64,000 nt of DNA from Lophium mytilinum (lineage: Eukaryota). Made by a program: the position numbers and the translations under genes. The notes under the pieces are model-generated. The model did no database searches. It was not told where the DNA came from and was given only the letters and a program-made list of their open reading frames with translations. This document shows, one piece after another, positions 1-11,400 of this stretch. Location of the stretch: assembly GCA_010093605.1 (NCBI GenBank), contig MU004195.1, forward strand, positions 744,001 through 808,000, written 5' to 3'. Within the stretch, counting starts at the first letter, position 1, and the number at the start of each line of letters is the position of its first letter.

Positions 1-959
1 CTTGGCTCTTTCTTGACGCTGGCTTCTGTCTTGACGATAGGCTCCTTCTTCACGGCTGTCTCTTTCTTGATGCTTGGTTCCTTTTTTATGGCTGGCTCTT
101 TTTGGACGCCGGCCTCTTTCTTGACAGCGGGTTGTTTCTTTACCACGGGTTCCTTCTTGGCATTCGCCTCGTCCTTGACTTTAGGTCCGCTCTTCCGAGC
201 AGTTTGCTTGCTGGTCGCCCCATTCTTCGTCGCATTTGCGTTCAACTTTGGATTCGAATCCTTTTTCGCAAGGCCATCCTTCTTCACCGGAGCAGCCTTC
301 TTACCCACCGCCCCTTTCCTCGCCACTTCCTCCTCCCTCTCCGCAGCCATCCTCTCCAACTCCCGCTTCTCCAACTCCCTACTCTCCAAAATCTTCTTCG
401 ACAAACTCGCCGATTTGGCCGTCCCGCTTCCCCTCTGCTCCGGTACAGGCGACTCAATATGCAAATGATAATGCACACTCACCGGCGCCCCTAGCCCGCC
501 TTCAGCCCCCTTAACCTTCTTCGCCACCTCCTCACCCCCATCTTCCGCCTTCCTCTTCCTCGGCGCCGTCGTCCCCTCCGCCTTCGCCATCTCCGCCTTC
601 GCCTTCCGATTCGCAGCATCATACTCTCTCTTCAACGCCCCCTCCAACCTCTTCACCTCCCCCGGCACCTCCAACCCCCCCGAATTCAGCGCATTCAGCA
701 ACCGCACCTTCGCCGCGTTCTTATCCTTGCACATCGGCAGCCCGTAATGCTTCAATTGCGCGAAGTACCAATGCCCAACCTGATCTTTCGGCGTCTCCGT
801 CGTCTTTGACTTTCCGCTGGAGGAGAGCTTCGGGCGTAACATATTCGTGAGTTCGGTGATGGAGGCGCGGGGATGTCGATTCAAATTCCCGACGTCGGCG
901 TACAGCGCGCCGTGGTAGACGAAGCCATCGCGGGAGATTGGGGGGGCGAAGTTGGACAT
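1..959 (-). CDS. Lys-rich fungal hypothetical protein (3' end outside window)
   Basis: Absent from the ORF track because it runs off the edge. ATG at 959 opens an uninterrupted frame MSNFAPPISRDGFVYHGALYADVGNLNRHPRAS...GHWYFAQLKHYGLP...AKVRLL, ending in (V/I)KKEP repeats. Confidence 0.8.
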   Translation of the reverse strand, partial: MSNFAPPISRDGFVYHGALYADVGNLNRHPRASITELTNMLRPKLSSSGKSKTTETPKDQVGHWYFAQLKHYGLPMCKDKNAAKVRLLNALNSGGLEVPGEVKRLEGALKREYDAANRKAKAEMAKAEGTTAPRKRKAEDGGEEVAKKVKGAEGGLGAPVSVHYHLHIESPVPEQRGSGTAKSASLSKKILESRELEKRELERMAAEREEEVARKGAVGKKAAPVKKDGLAKKDSNPKLNANATKNGATSKQTARKSGPKVKDEANAKKEPVVKKQPAVKKEAGVQKEPAIKKEPSIKKETAVKKEPIVKTEASVKKEP

Positions 960-2070
960 TTTGAGGTTTTTTGGCTAGATCACCCGCCTGGGAGAAGATG
1001 TTGTGCGCGATGGGGTTATTGGATTTGTGTGAGTAATTGAGGGGGGAGGGGTTGGCTATCTTGGCATGAGGTTGAGGTTGGGGTAGCACGTGATAAGGGG
1101 TTAACGGGGCCAAGAATAGCGCCTCGTCTCGAACTATTCTAGCGGAAGCAGGCCGCCATTTCCTCACCCATTACAACGCACTCATACACCTGTTCGCCAC
1201 TGCTTGAAATGCCCTGACAGGCTTTCACATAAATGCTTCTCTCTCATTTAGGTTTCTGAAAATGCACTGGGGCAACCCGAACAGTGACATACATGGATAC
1301 GCGTTCATCACGTCTTGATCGACACAGGAGTGCCACATTTTTAATGCCCCGCGTGTGGGCTTCGATGAGAACAAGCACAGATAGAGTCAAGCATCAATCA
1401 ACGGACCGTAGACCAAACCCACGCACATGAGACAGACTCGAAGGATCTTGATGAATATACAGACTGCGACGGCCATGGGAAGCAAGAGATGAAGCATACA
1501 CTAGAAAGACTCGCGAGGATGAGGAGGTATTTGAGAAAACTTGTCATCCATCCTCGAGGCAGATGTTGCAGACTTCGTGTCCATAGAACCGTCTACTCGT
1601 ACCTCATTTCTTCATTCCTCCTAAAGCTACTGAAACCATTGTGATAATTGTTAATAGATCTCGCTATAGCTGGCACAGTCTAGGGATGCTGGAGGCAATG
1701 CGTAATACAAGCTGAGGTTCTGGCCGCAGTATGTCGGGAGCCCTTCCATGGTCTCGCCTTCTATGTTCTCTTTTCAGGATACCAAAGTATAAGTAGAAGA
1801 GAAGGATACATGGGCATCGTACTCGGCAAGTGTTGTGGTATCCACTCTTCAATCCTATGGTACCGATGATTCCACACCCTCACCAACCATGGAACCATCA
1901 GCTTCAACACACCGACTCCCACAAATCTCCAAAATCATGCCTTCATACAAAAAGCTCTCCTCTCCTCCCACACATCCTCAGTAGTGCTCCCCCATAGACC
2001 CCGACCACCACGCACTTCCCTTCTCATAACCCCGAAACCACTACCCAGGCCACAGAGCACCCACTTCACG

Positions 2071-2688
2071 ATGTCTCCTACCCCAACCCGCACCGCCTTT
2101 ACCAGCAACCTCGCGCACTACGCTACCTTCCACTCCACCGGCGCCAACCCCGACTTCCCCGACTGCGTCATCTGCACGCGCCCCTACGGCCCCAAACGCA
2201 AGCGGTTGCACCTCCTCGACTGCGAGCACGACTTCTGCACCCCCTGTTTCAAAACTTGGATCAACAGCGAGCAGCACGCCGCGAATCTGTGCCCCATGTG
2301 CCGTAAGGTGCTTTTTGTGCCTGACCACGTGCCTGACGACGATAACGAGGAGCACAGCGTCTCCATAGGCCCGAGCTGGGCTCTCATGAATTCGTACTGG
2401 TATCTCACGCGTGATGCGGACTCTGATACTGAGAGGCTTGAGCCGCTGAGCTGGGAGGAGCAGGTGAAGAGGGTGAGGGAAGTGGCTGCGGACATTTGGG
2501 ACACGGGACGGTGGGTGTGGTTTTTTGTAAGGTTATGGGATCTTGGGGAGGTGAAAGATCTTTTGAAGGAGGCGCGGAGACGTAGGAGGTCGTATGCGGG
2601 GTCTCAGTATCGGAGGGAGCTGAGGCATCGGCGTGGACTGGAGAGGTTGAGGGGGGACGAGTACTACGTTATAGAGTCACAGTGGTGA
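2071..2688 (+). CDS. RING-finger (C3HC4) protein, putative E3 ligase
   Basis: CVIC...CEHDFCTPC...W...CPMCR motif; first ATG at 2071 (the track starts at an upstream GTG). Confidence 0.85.
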   Translation: MSPTPTRTAFTSNLAHYATFHSTGANPDFPDCVICTRPYGPKRKRLHLLDCEHDFCTPCFKTWINSEQHAANLCPMCRKVLFVPDHVPDDDNEEHSVSIGPSWALMNSYWYLTRDADSDTERLEPLSWEEQVKRVREVAADIWDTGRWVWFFVRLWDLGEVKDLLKEARRRRRSYAGSQYRRELRHRRGLERLRGDEYYVIESQW

Positions 2689-2888
2689 TATGAACCCTAT
2701 TGGTGTTGTGAAAGCTACACTAGAAAACGAGGGTTTGCGTCCTTGCTAGGACCGGAAACAAGAATGAGAACGCGCGCGCAGTACGTAACAAAGAAAATAT
2801 CGAATGTTGACCAAGCAATGCTTAAAATCGAAAGCCAATGTCCGTACAGTGAAGAGTAGACAAAAAACGAAAGCAGCTATTGCTCACC

Positions 2889-3518
2889 TTACACCAGCGA
2901 AGTCCCCTCTCGATTGCTCCGCCTCCAATCTAGTTCTCCAACTACTAGCATAGCGCAAGAATAAACACTCACAACCATAATAACGACGCCATAAACAATC
3001 GCCGCGAATGCCACAGTTGCAAGTGGGATAGCCATGAGCTCGCTAAGAATTAGTAGCCAGCTACTATATTCAACAATTCGGAATATCAGGAAAAGAAGTG
3101 GTCCCGATAATAGGAAGGCGCACAAGAGCAAAGGAAAGAGATGCCGGCCAGCGGCAGTCTCGATCCCGGTATCACTCTGAGGATGCCCGTCAAGTGCGGA
3201 GTCTGTCGCTTGTGCTCGATATACCGGTACTTGATATACCGGGAGTTCAAAAAGCACACTACGGCATAGCGGACAGGTGTTGCGGTTAGGGTGTGGGCCT
3301 TCTACCCACTCGATCAGGCAACTGCGGCCGAAAGTGTGAGTGCATGTAGGGATGTTCTTTACCCGCACCGCTGGGTGATCTGCGGAGAAGTCGAAGAAGC
3401 AAATGGGGCAATCAGCGGGATCATAGGGGCTGATGGTGGTGTCGATGGTGCTGAGGTTCTTTGAGATGAACTCCGCGGAGCTGATAGGAAGTGGGAGACA
3501 ATCAGGTTGTGAAGACAT
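2889..3518 (-). CDS. Variant RING-finger protein with C-terminal hydrophobic (TM) segments
   Basis: CPIC...CTHTFGRSC...W...CPLCR; two long hydrophobic stretches near the C-terminus. Confidence 0.85.
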   Translation of the reverse strand: MSSQPDCLPLPISSAEFISKNLSTIDTTISPYDPADCPICFFDFSADHPAVRVKNIPTCTHTFGRSCLIEWVEGPHPNRNTCPLCRSVLFELPVYQVPVYRAQATDSALDGHPQSDTGIETAAGRHLFPLLLCAFLLSGPLLFLIFRIVEYSSWLLILSELMAIPLATVAFAAIVYGVVIMVVSVYSCAMLVVGELDWRRSNREGTSLV

Positions 3519-4153
3519 GCTTGCTGGGTATTGAAATCAGTCGAATGATGTGGAAAGGATAGACTATCGGAACGGATTAGGTCTAATATGAAGAGTTGAA
3601 AAGCATTGTGAGAACGCATTGTGTGACCATTGTTGGGACGAGAATCTAGTCCTGAACATACTATGGTGAGAGGCAACATTGTATTCGTTGGCATGATGTG
3701 ATGTTTGATGCGCACTCCTAACCGCTTGATACGCGTGTTAGCTCTTAAGAAGGGGCTGGACACCTCTAATAGTGGGGAGATGAGCAGAACCAACAGTGTA
3801 TTAGGCTATGTAATCTTTGCTTTTGACGGTCCTACCCCCACCTCCGATTTTTGTGAACTTTCGATGTACCTAACCAGTGCCAACCAAGTGTACATGGACT
3901 TCCATCCAAACAGTGTGTACTAGTTCTTTTCAAGCGCCGTACCCGGATTTGAAGTGAGGAAGACTGAAGATGATCGAGGTGTCAGGAGTTCGCCGTCTTG
4001 TTTCGAGAAGTAACAGTTTTAAAAGCTGACCAGGATGCTGGCTATACAACGAGATCCTTTAATGGAGTCGCACCTTCGGACATCACCACGAAGAAACGAT
4101 TAAGGTACGCGCTCTCCGACCCACTACGCAGTCTAGCCTGGGCGTCGCTGCCA

Positions 4154-5704
4154 CTACTGCCTAGAGCGCCACTCCTCCTCATCGCGACGCTGATGCTGGT
4201 ACGCCTGGAAGTGTAGTTGTCCAAACTGGTTCGACGGCATGCCTCCCCGCTCCAGCGTCAAAGAATCCCCCATCTGCGCGTGCAAATATTGCCTCTGAGT
4301 CGACATCGAACGAACAACGACGTTCTGTGAAGTGGCTTCCAGCTCCGCCAGCCTCGAAGCAATTCCACCCGGTGTCAAACCTTCTCCACGCCTAGGTTCC
4401 CCTCGTTGAAGTTGTTTCTGTCGCTCAGACTCTTGTTCGCTCCGCCACGCCTCCGCCATTCGCTGCCGAACGTTCGCTGCCTCCTGCTGAACTCCCGCTA
4501 AACGTTGCTGAGATTCCTTTAGCTGATTCTCCAGTGCCCGCTGCTGATCCTTTTCCTTGCGGATTCCGGTTTCCAGGTCGGTAAGTTCCTGGCGGAGCTG
4601 GGCATGGCTGCGCGCAGACTCACTCTGAACATCCGCGTCTCGAGGCAGCCACGCTGGAACTCCTCGTTCGCTTCTAGCTTCCATCATAGCACGCGCCGCG
4701 TTCCTGTTCTCTATAGCCATCTCCCTCACAGCCGCGGCACGAGCACGATGTTGCATAAGATCGAGCCTCCGGGGGCCTGGTGGGGCACCAGGGCGAGGCA
4801 CGAGACGTCGCCTAGTGCCTATCGGGGCTTGCAGAACAGAAGGGCCTGTGGAAGTGTCCGCGCTGCTCTGTAGTTGATCCCGTGAGCGCTGAGCGTCCTG
4901 CTCCTCAAGCTTTCTCAAAAGAGAATCGATCTGCTCACGGCCTGCCGCAAAGTCCCGTAGCAGTCTGGCTCTCTGAGGAAAGGCGTTGGGTTGATCCTGT
5001 TCAGCTTCTTGAGAAGCACCCGCCGTAGCTTGCTGCTCATCATCAAGCCTCGTAAGAGCTTCGGCGCGAGGACCACCAATTGGCTGCGATCGCGCAGGCA
5101 TTGTCGTGGTCCGCTCCAAACGCGCAGCGAACTCGCCCGGCTGTTGTTCGTTGGCCGTCGAGCGGGTCTGCTGCCACCGCTGACGAAGTTGTGCCATACG
5201 AGCGGAGATGTCGTCGAGCGAAGCAGCGCCAGTCGTAGGGCCGGAGCCGTCCAGCTGAGAAACTTCGCCCATGTTAAACAGTCCACCGGCACGTCGCACA
5301 GTACGTGATGGATGCCTGCTGGGGCGCGGTCCGAGAGAGGGGGGCCCAAGCCGGAGGTTGGCACGCTGTAGATTCCACAATGCGATATCATGCCCCATCA
5401 GCTCCAAATCAGACAGTCCATTTGGATCCAGTCGATTACCCCGCCCAAACAGCGTAATCCTACACATGGGGCACTTGTTATGGTTGAAGTTGAAGCTCTT
5501 CGTCCAAGTTACCAAGCAGTCGCGGCCAAAGATGTGATGGCAGCCTTCGATGCCTGTGATCTGGACCGCTGGATGTTCGGCGCCAAGTTTCTCGTAGCAG
5601 ATATTACATTCATGAGGCTCGGGATTGTTGATTTCGAGGGCGGTGAGATGATTGGCGGCGAACTCGGAGTGGGTGGAGGGACGAGATGCGCCTAGAGAGG
5701 GCAT
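4154..5704 (-). CDS. Variant RING-finger protein with coiled-coil C-terminus
   Basis: CNIC...CHHIFGRDC...W...CPMCR; 516-aa ORF with a Q/E/R-rich heptad region. Confidence 0.85.
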   Translation of the reverse strand: MPSLGASRPSTHSEFAANHLTALEINNPEPHECNICYEKLGAEHPAVQITGIEGCHHIFGRDCLVTWTKSFNFNHNKCPMCRITLFGRGNRLDPNGLSDLELMGHDIALWNLQRANLRLGPPSLGPRPSRHPSRTVRRAGGLFNMGEVSQLDGSGPTTGAASLDDISARMAQLRQRWQQTRSTANEQQPGEFAARLERTTTMPARSQPIGGPRAEALTRLDDEQQATAGASQEAEQDQPNAFPQRARLLRDFAAGREQIDSLLRKLEEQDAQRSRDQLQSSADTSTGPSVLQAPIGTRRRLVPRPGAPPGPRRLDLMQHRARAAAVREMAIENRNAARAMMEARSERGVPAWLPRDADVQSESARSHAQLRQELTDLETGIRKEKDQQRALENQLKESQQRLAGVQQEAANVRQRMAEAWRSEQESERQKQLQRGEPRRGEGLTPGGIASRLAELEATSQNVVVRSMSTQRQYLHAQMGDSLTLERGGMPSNQFGQLHFQAYQHQRRDEEEWRSRQ

Positions 5705-6231
5705 GTTTGGGGATTGAGGGAGCCTGGGGGTTGGCGGATGATGGGTTACGGTGGAAGATTGATTTTCGGTGTGAGCTGTGTGCGGTGGGTGGTGGGTGGT
5801 GGGTGGTTAGCGGTTGTGGTGTTGTTGTGATGTCAGGGAGCGCGAGAGAATAAGAATGCGACTGGCATTTATGTTGGGAATCACACAGGTAGGAGGGTGA
5901 ATGGCGGGCGCTAATTTGAGTTTGAAACAGCGAAGAGGTGATTGTAGGAAACTTGAGCATCGCTACCGGTGGTGGCATGGGGATATTCACCTACAATGCA
6001 TACAAATCTTGTGGTTCATTCAGACAACAAGGAGACGAACCCAATCCCTTGTCCTGACTTTGAGAGACCTCTAAAATTCCTGATGCCGTCTCACAGAGCC
6101 TATACCTACACGTCCCAGACGATTAAACGCCAAAAGCCCGCCGCCCGCTATTGCTACCGTGATGCGATTCAGAGTGCATCCCCATCTAAAGCCCGATACC
6201 AAAAGAACACCTCAAGCGCCTGTCCTTAATC

Positions 6232-8083
6232 TTATCCATTCATCTCCGTATCTGCGCTCTCTTCATCGTTCCGCGTGCCTGCTCCTCCCAGACATCCGGG
6301 GCAGTTATGTAGCACCTCATGGCAGAACACGTCGCAGTCGATGCAGAAATGGCTCTTGCATTCCCGACACTCGTATCTAAAAGACTCGCTCGCTGTCGCC
6401 AACTCATCCTCGTTCGAGTCGTCGCCACTTCTTTGCCTCCCATTAGCAGCAATGATGTGCGACGTCGCCGCCGCGACAGCCCCGTTCGCTGCGCTGGTTA
6501 AACTCTCCGCAGCGTTTTCGGTATGTGATGATGGAGGTTCTGGGAAGTCACTCAGACAGCTCATGCACTGCTTGCTCCCCTTCTCCCTAGCACGCTGCCA
6601 GCTGACTTCGATCCAGTTGCGGAGGGGGAATAAGTGGTGGTAACTTCGCGCTAGGTGGGTAGACAAAATGAGCGTGAGATGGCATCCCGGGCAGGTTGCT
6701 GGAAGACTGCAAACTTTGGCCTTGCATCTCGAGCAAGTGTATCCGCCACGCGTGAGATTGCCGTGGCAGGCACAGAGAGTGGGGACGTCTTCGATAACGC
6801 GGGATGGGAAACCCATCTGAAGCAGCGACGCCCCGGATTCGGCTGGAGCAGCAGCGCCGTCGGTAGTGGGCACGGAAGAGCGGATCACAGGAGGGGTGGT
6901 AGTCGCGAGAAGGAGCTCGCGGAGGAGTTCCTGATCTGTGGCGACAACGTAGCCGCTTTCGTCGCCTGAGTTTGTACGGCTGACAATCTCTGTGCAGATA
7001 TGCATGCGACCGCCCATGCCGATGATGCTTACCCGTATTCGATCCTGGACACATGACTTGATCGTCTTATGGATATCGCCTGGGTCCAGAGTGAGAAGGG
7101 CACCAAGGACTAGAATAACTTCGCGAGTTCCGTGGCTGGGTGTGTGGTACAAGGTCGCTCTGGACACCTCCAAAGCATTCTGTAGACTAGGCGATCCCTT
7201 TGGCTCTTTGGACGTCGAGCTCTTCGGGTCTCTCAGCCCTTGTATGGCGGAGATATGGTCGGCCGGATTACCTGAAAGCTCGGAGACCCTAATGCATATT
7301 CCATCATGCATTCCCATGACGCACATTTGTGATATGGGGTTCTGTTCGAAGAATTCGCGAACGTACTCCTGGGTGTACTTGATCATGGTGAAATAGCGAT
7401 TCGGCCGCATGTCTTTTTCAAGCATTGCTTCGGACAGATCGAGAACGAGAACAACGTGGCGTATGATGCCTCGCTGGAACGCTTTTGTATCCTTGCGGAG
7501 CCTATTTTCAAGGTTAGTTGAGGCTTTTAGATGGCATCATTTACGATCGGCAGATACCACTTTCTGAGAAGAACTGCTCGGGGAACAGGGGGATCCGAGA
7601 CAGTACGATATGGCAGAGAGGGAAGCATAGTATAGTCGATGCCGGGCTCAGGATCTCGCTCGTAGATGCTGAGATCCACAGAGCGGCGACGTCGGGGCAT
7701 CTTGACTGCATCCAACATTGTATTTACGAGCCATCTTTTGTGCAAAGTAAATAGAGAAAGGAGCATTCTGGAACAGGAAAGAGGGAGTGAAGCATGTAGA
7801 AGAATTTGCGCCAGAAAGTGCCCTGCAACAAGGCATCTCCATCTCACCTTTTGCGTTTCCTCTCCTCCTCCCGCTCCTGTATGCTCTTCCCAATGGTCCC
7901 ATCCGCAGACTCCTTGTATGACTCGAGACCAGTCTTTGCAGATAGTTCCCAGGCGTTCTTTGCGCGACCGTCGCCTCTTTGGCCCTTCTTCCCTTTTCCA
8001 TGACCTCGTGTGCCATAGCTGCCACCTCCGCCCATGTATTCGTCGTCCGATGCTTCGATGTATTCTCCATCCGAGTCCGCCAT
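6232..8083 (-). CDS. SSL1: TFIIH core subunit Ssl1/p44 (vWA + Zn fingers); exons 8083-7848 and 7501-6232
   Basis: Spliced RKRKR|LRKDTKAFQRGIIRHVVLVLDLSEAMLEKDMRP; PSLQNALE; LILSTHLARSYHHLFPL; FCIDCDVFCHEVLHNCPGC. Intron GTGAGA...CTAAC...TAG. Confidence 0.95.
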
Positions 8084-8731
8084 TGATACAGGTCAAAAGA
8101 AGTCGGTGGCAAGGCCCAAGTATAGGTAGGTGCGAGTGTCGTTCTTGGGTCGATAATGTGGTCAAGTCTGCGCTCAAGTGAGCTCTACTTGTTGAATTTC
8201 TACGGTATAATCAAGAGTTTGGAAAGCAGGTGTTGCTTTTGATCGGGTTGCGCGTCGAGGCACGTTGTGATGCTGAAAGCGGAAGAACGCAAAGGAGCTC
8301 TAAGAAGCTCGAGGTGGCGCGGAACCATTCAGGATGTGTGAACAAGACAGACCTAAATTAGCGGTGAATTAAACAGCAGTGCGGGTGAATTGCCACGTCA
8401 TTATATCAGCATCAAGAAGGGCTTCGGGTACCTGCACTTCTGAAGTGGTCGAGGGCGAAATCGAACCATGGAAGCCCGCAGTCGACTTGCCACGCGAGCG
8501 CACGTGACTGATTTCATCTAGTCGCAGAGTCTCCTTCAAGTCAATTGCAAATAGGCAGAGCAAGGCATTGGTAAATGGCCGTATTATTCTATCCTACCGA
8601 AGAAGCTTCGTGTAATTTCAAAGCCAACGGAAAGCACCAAGCCTGGTATATCGCTATGCTAAGACAAATCCCGTCGTCGCGCTCATTAAGAGAAGCATTA
8701 CTCCGCCACCCCTCGTCCCTATTAGCCCCAA

Positions 8732-9964
8732 CTATGTGTACGTCGCCGAGCCTGTAACTCCTGGCATTGGCCAATCGTCCTCGGTGATGCTGGACCAGAA
8801 TACCCAGATCGTAACGACAGCAAGCAGGGTGAACAGCGTCTCGAACATACCACCATTAATCTTGCCGCTAGTTCCGTTGCAGATGTGGACACTGGCTATG
8901 TATTGGAAGATCTGGCCGATGGCAAAGAGCAAGGCTGCGCCGATGAGATACACTATCCAGGGTCAGCGGGCTACTACAGGCAGAAGTGAAGGTGCACATA
9001 CTCATTGGCTTCTTTTCGCCGAGAATTCGAAGGACGAGGAACGCTTCTAAGAGGAAGAAGAGGACGAGGAATACGAGGGGAACCAGCTGGTACAAGGTGT
9101 AAAGCGCATATGCTTGGTTCGGGGCTACCAAAGTGTCGTCCCAGTATCCAGTCCAAGAAAATCCGGTGTCGAGGGCGATGTAGCCGGTTCCAACAAACAG
9201 GACGGCCGAGGAGGCGAAGACTAATGCCATCGACATGGGGGTTCCGTCGTCAAGTAGCTGGTATCCAACAACTCCGTTCAGCAACAGAATCCAGAGTGTT
9301 GCAACGACTGCGGCGATATGAACAGCGCTGAACGCCTAGCATTATGTTAGTGTCGTCCAAGAATGAATAGAAGGCGCGACATACTCTGCGCACGCCTCCC
9401 TGCAACGGGAAGCCGCCGACTGTGAAGATCTCGCATATCTCGATGATGATGAATCCGATCAGGAACAACTGCATCTCCCTGTTTCAAGTGTCAGCCAAGG
9501 CCACCGACAGGGTGTGGATCGCGCGTACCGTCGTCCAACAGCTGCCTTCTTCCTTTCCGATCGCCATATCAGGAATGCCGAAATGAGAATCGCGAGGCCG
9601 CAGAGTAGTATCGATCCTGCCAGAGTTAGCCCGAGTCCTCGACGGCCGTTCGTAGTTCACCCACCAAGATTCGCCAGGTGTCTCCCTCGACTCAATGCTA
9701 TGCCCACTAGCTCGCATCCACCATATCCATCTCCTCCTCGAGTTGGCGACTCTTTGAAAAGCTAGTGGCGTCGTCAGTAGGATGTCGCGAACGAGGCTGG
9801 GACGGCGCTTAAACGTACGTTGCAGACTGCGCATCAGGTCGTGTTAGAGAGCTTCATTAACATTGAGGATTCACATGTATCGGAGACTGACCTGGTATAG
9901 TTGCGAGCCGGCTGCCCGAATCGCGACAGAAGTCGTGGAAGTTCCCGTACTGTGTGGAAGGCAT
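8732..9964 (-). CDS. CHS7: Chs7-family chitin synthase export chaperone (multi-exon)
   Basis: MPSTQYGNFHDFCRDS N-terminus; MQLFLIGFIIIEICEIFTVGGFP; LLNGVVGYQLLDDGTP; FWSSITEDDW. The N-terminus resembles the second, filamentous-fungal Chs7 paralogue. Confidence 0.9.
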
Positions 9965-11400
9965 CGTTCGGGACAAGGAGTCGACCCCCTAAGTTGCCGG
10001 ACTCGATGTGTCGCGCGCAGGGCTGGCGAGATTGGGGCGGATAGTTGAGCTTTATCGTAAAGATTAGGATCGAAAGCTGCACGATGGCGATCCGAAGAGT
10101 CTGGGGCGAGGAGGCGCTGGATGGTGTTTGGGCGCGCTGTCATTCGGGGTGGCTGAGTACCTAGGAGGTGCAGGTGTTTTGAAACCCTGTTTGCACGGCA
10201 AAGTGTCGATGCACCAACTTCACTTTGAATAACGTGCTCCCACAAACGCGACAGTGGCTGCTTCGGCGGTGAACTTTGGGCCAAAGGTGAATCTCATTGG
10301 CAAGGTCTCTTTTTACAGCGAAGGGAATAATAACGTCTCGAAGGCAAGGGAAGGCCGGCAGACTACTTCGCAGGCACGTAACGCAACCACGGGTGAGTAT
10401 AAATAAACTCTTAGCCCGTTTCATGTCCAGCCGCCTATCATCATAATTTATGCATGCTCAACCCTAGACCGAGGCGCCGTTGGCGGCCTCGCCACCCTTC
10501 CGCTTGTTCACTCCATTCGAACCTCCAGAGTACGAGATATTCATGCCTGGCCAGAGAAGGTTGGGAGTCGGAATGTCGACCTTTACGCCACCTGGGATTC
10601 TACAGATTGCCCTTGCGCTGGAGCACCTCCCAGCCTCCCTTTCTCCTCATCTTATGACAGTAACACTTGATATTTGCTTGTTGTCGTTCCAGATCAATGT
10701 CATGCGCAGGTATCCCCCAGCTCAGATTGCCAATACCAGTGCTCTCGATCATCCCACCCAATTAGACCTGGCAAGAAAGCGGAGGCCGTCCCGAAACATC
10801 TAGGATACCCACGCTTCTTCAGCCTCTTAGAGCGACGATTGACTTAGAGAGTCTACCCGTGTTTCGACTGGCCGCATTAGTTCTCTTCAAGTCCCTGAGT
10901 GGAGGAGGCTGGGCCTGCGGTCGGCTCGAGTTCGCCGTGAGCGGGCCTTTAACGGCATAACACTGAGCCCTTCGTGTTTACCAAATCTCAACCCCTCCCT
11001 TGAGCTCGGTACACTGATAAATATTTTTCTAGCAGTCTGATGTTCAAGATATCTCTACTAATATGGAAGATATGTCTCGAGCTACCTGCATGGCTTGTAA
11101 GACAGTGCCGCGTGTGCGTCACGCCTAGCCTGTTTCCACATTCACGCTGTTACGACTGCTCAGGTAAACACAAATGGGACAATAGGATGTATAGTAGAGA
11201 CTATACATCGTAAGCTAAGGAGGAGAAAGAGATGCTAGAAGGCAAAGTAGCTGTAGACGAGTCCTCAAGCTCATCGTTTCTCTGAATGTCATGTGACGAG
11301 TCACAAGTAAGATAACCAAAGCGACAGGCCTGCGTTTGGGCTATGGCATACAGCGTCACTCATGCTAACACTATACCTTACTTTAAAGTTAACTGTATAC

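Noticed and set aside
13..514. Plus-strand ORFs of 151, 130 and 92 aa
   Set aside because: Antisense shadows of the Lys-rich minus-strand gene.
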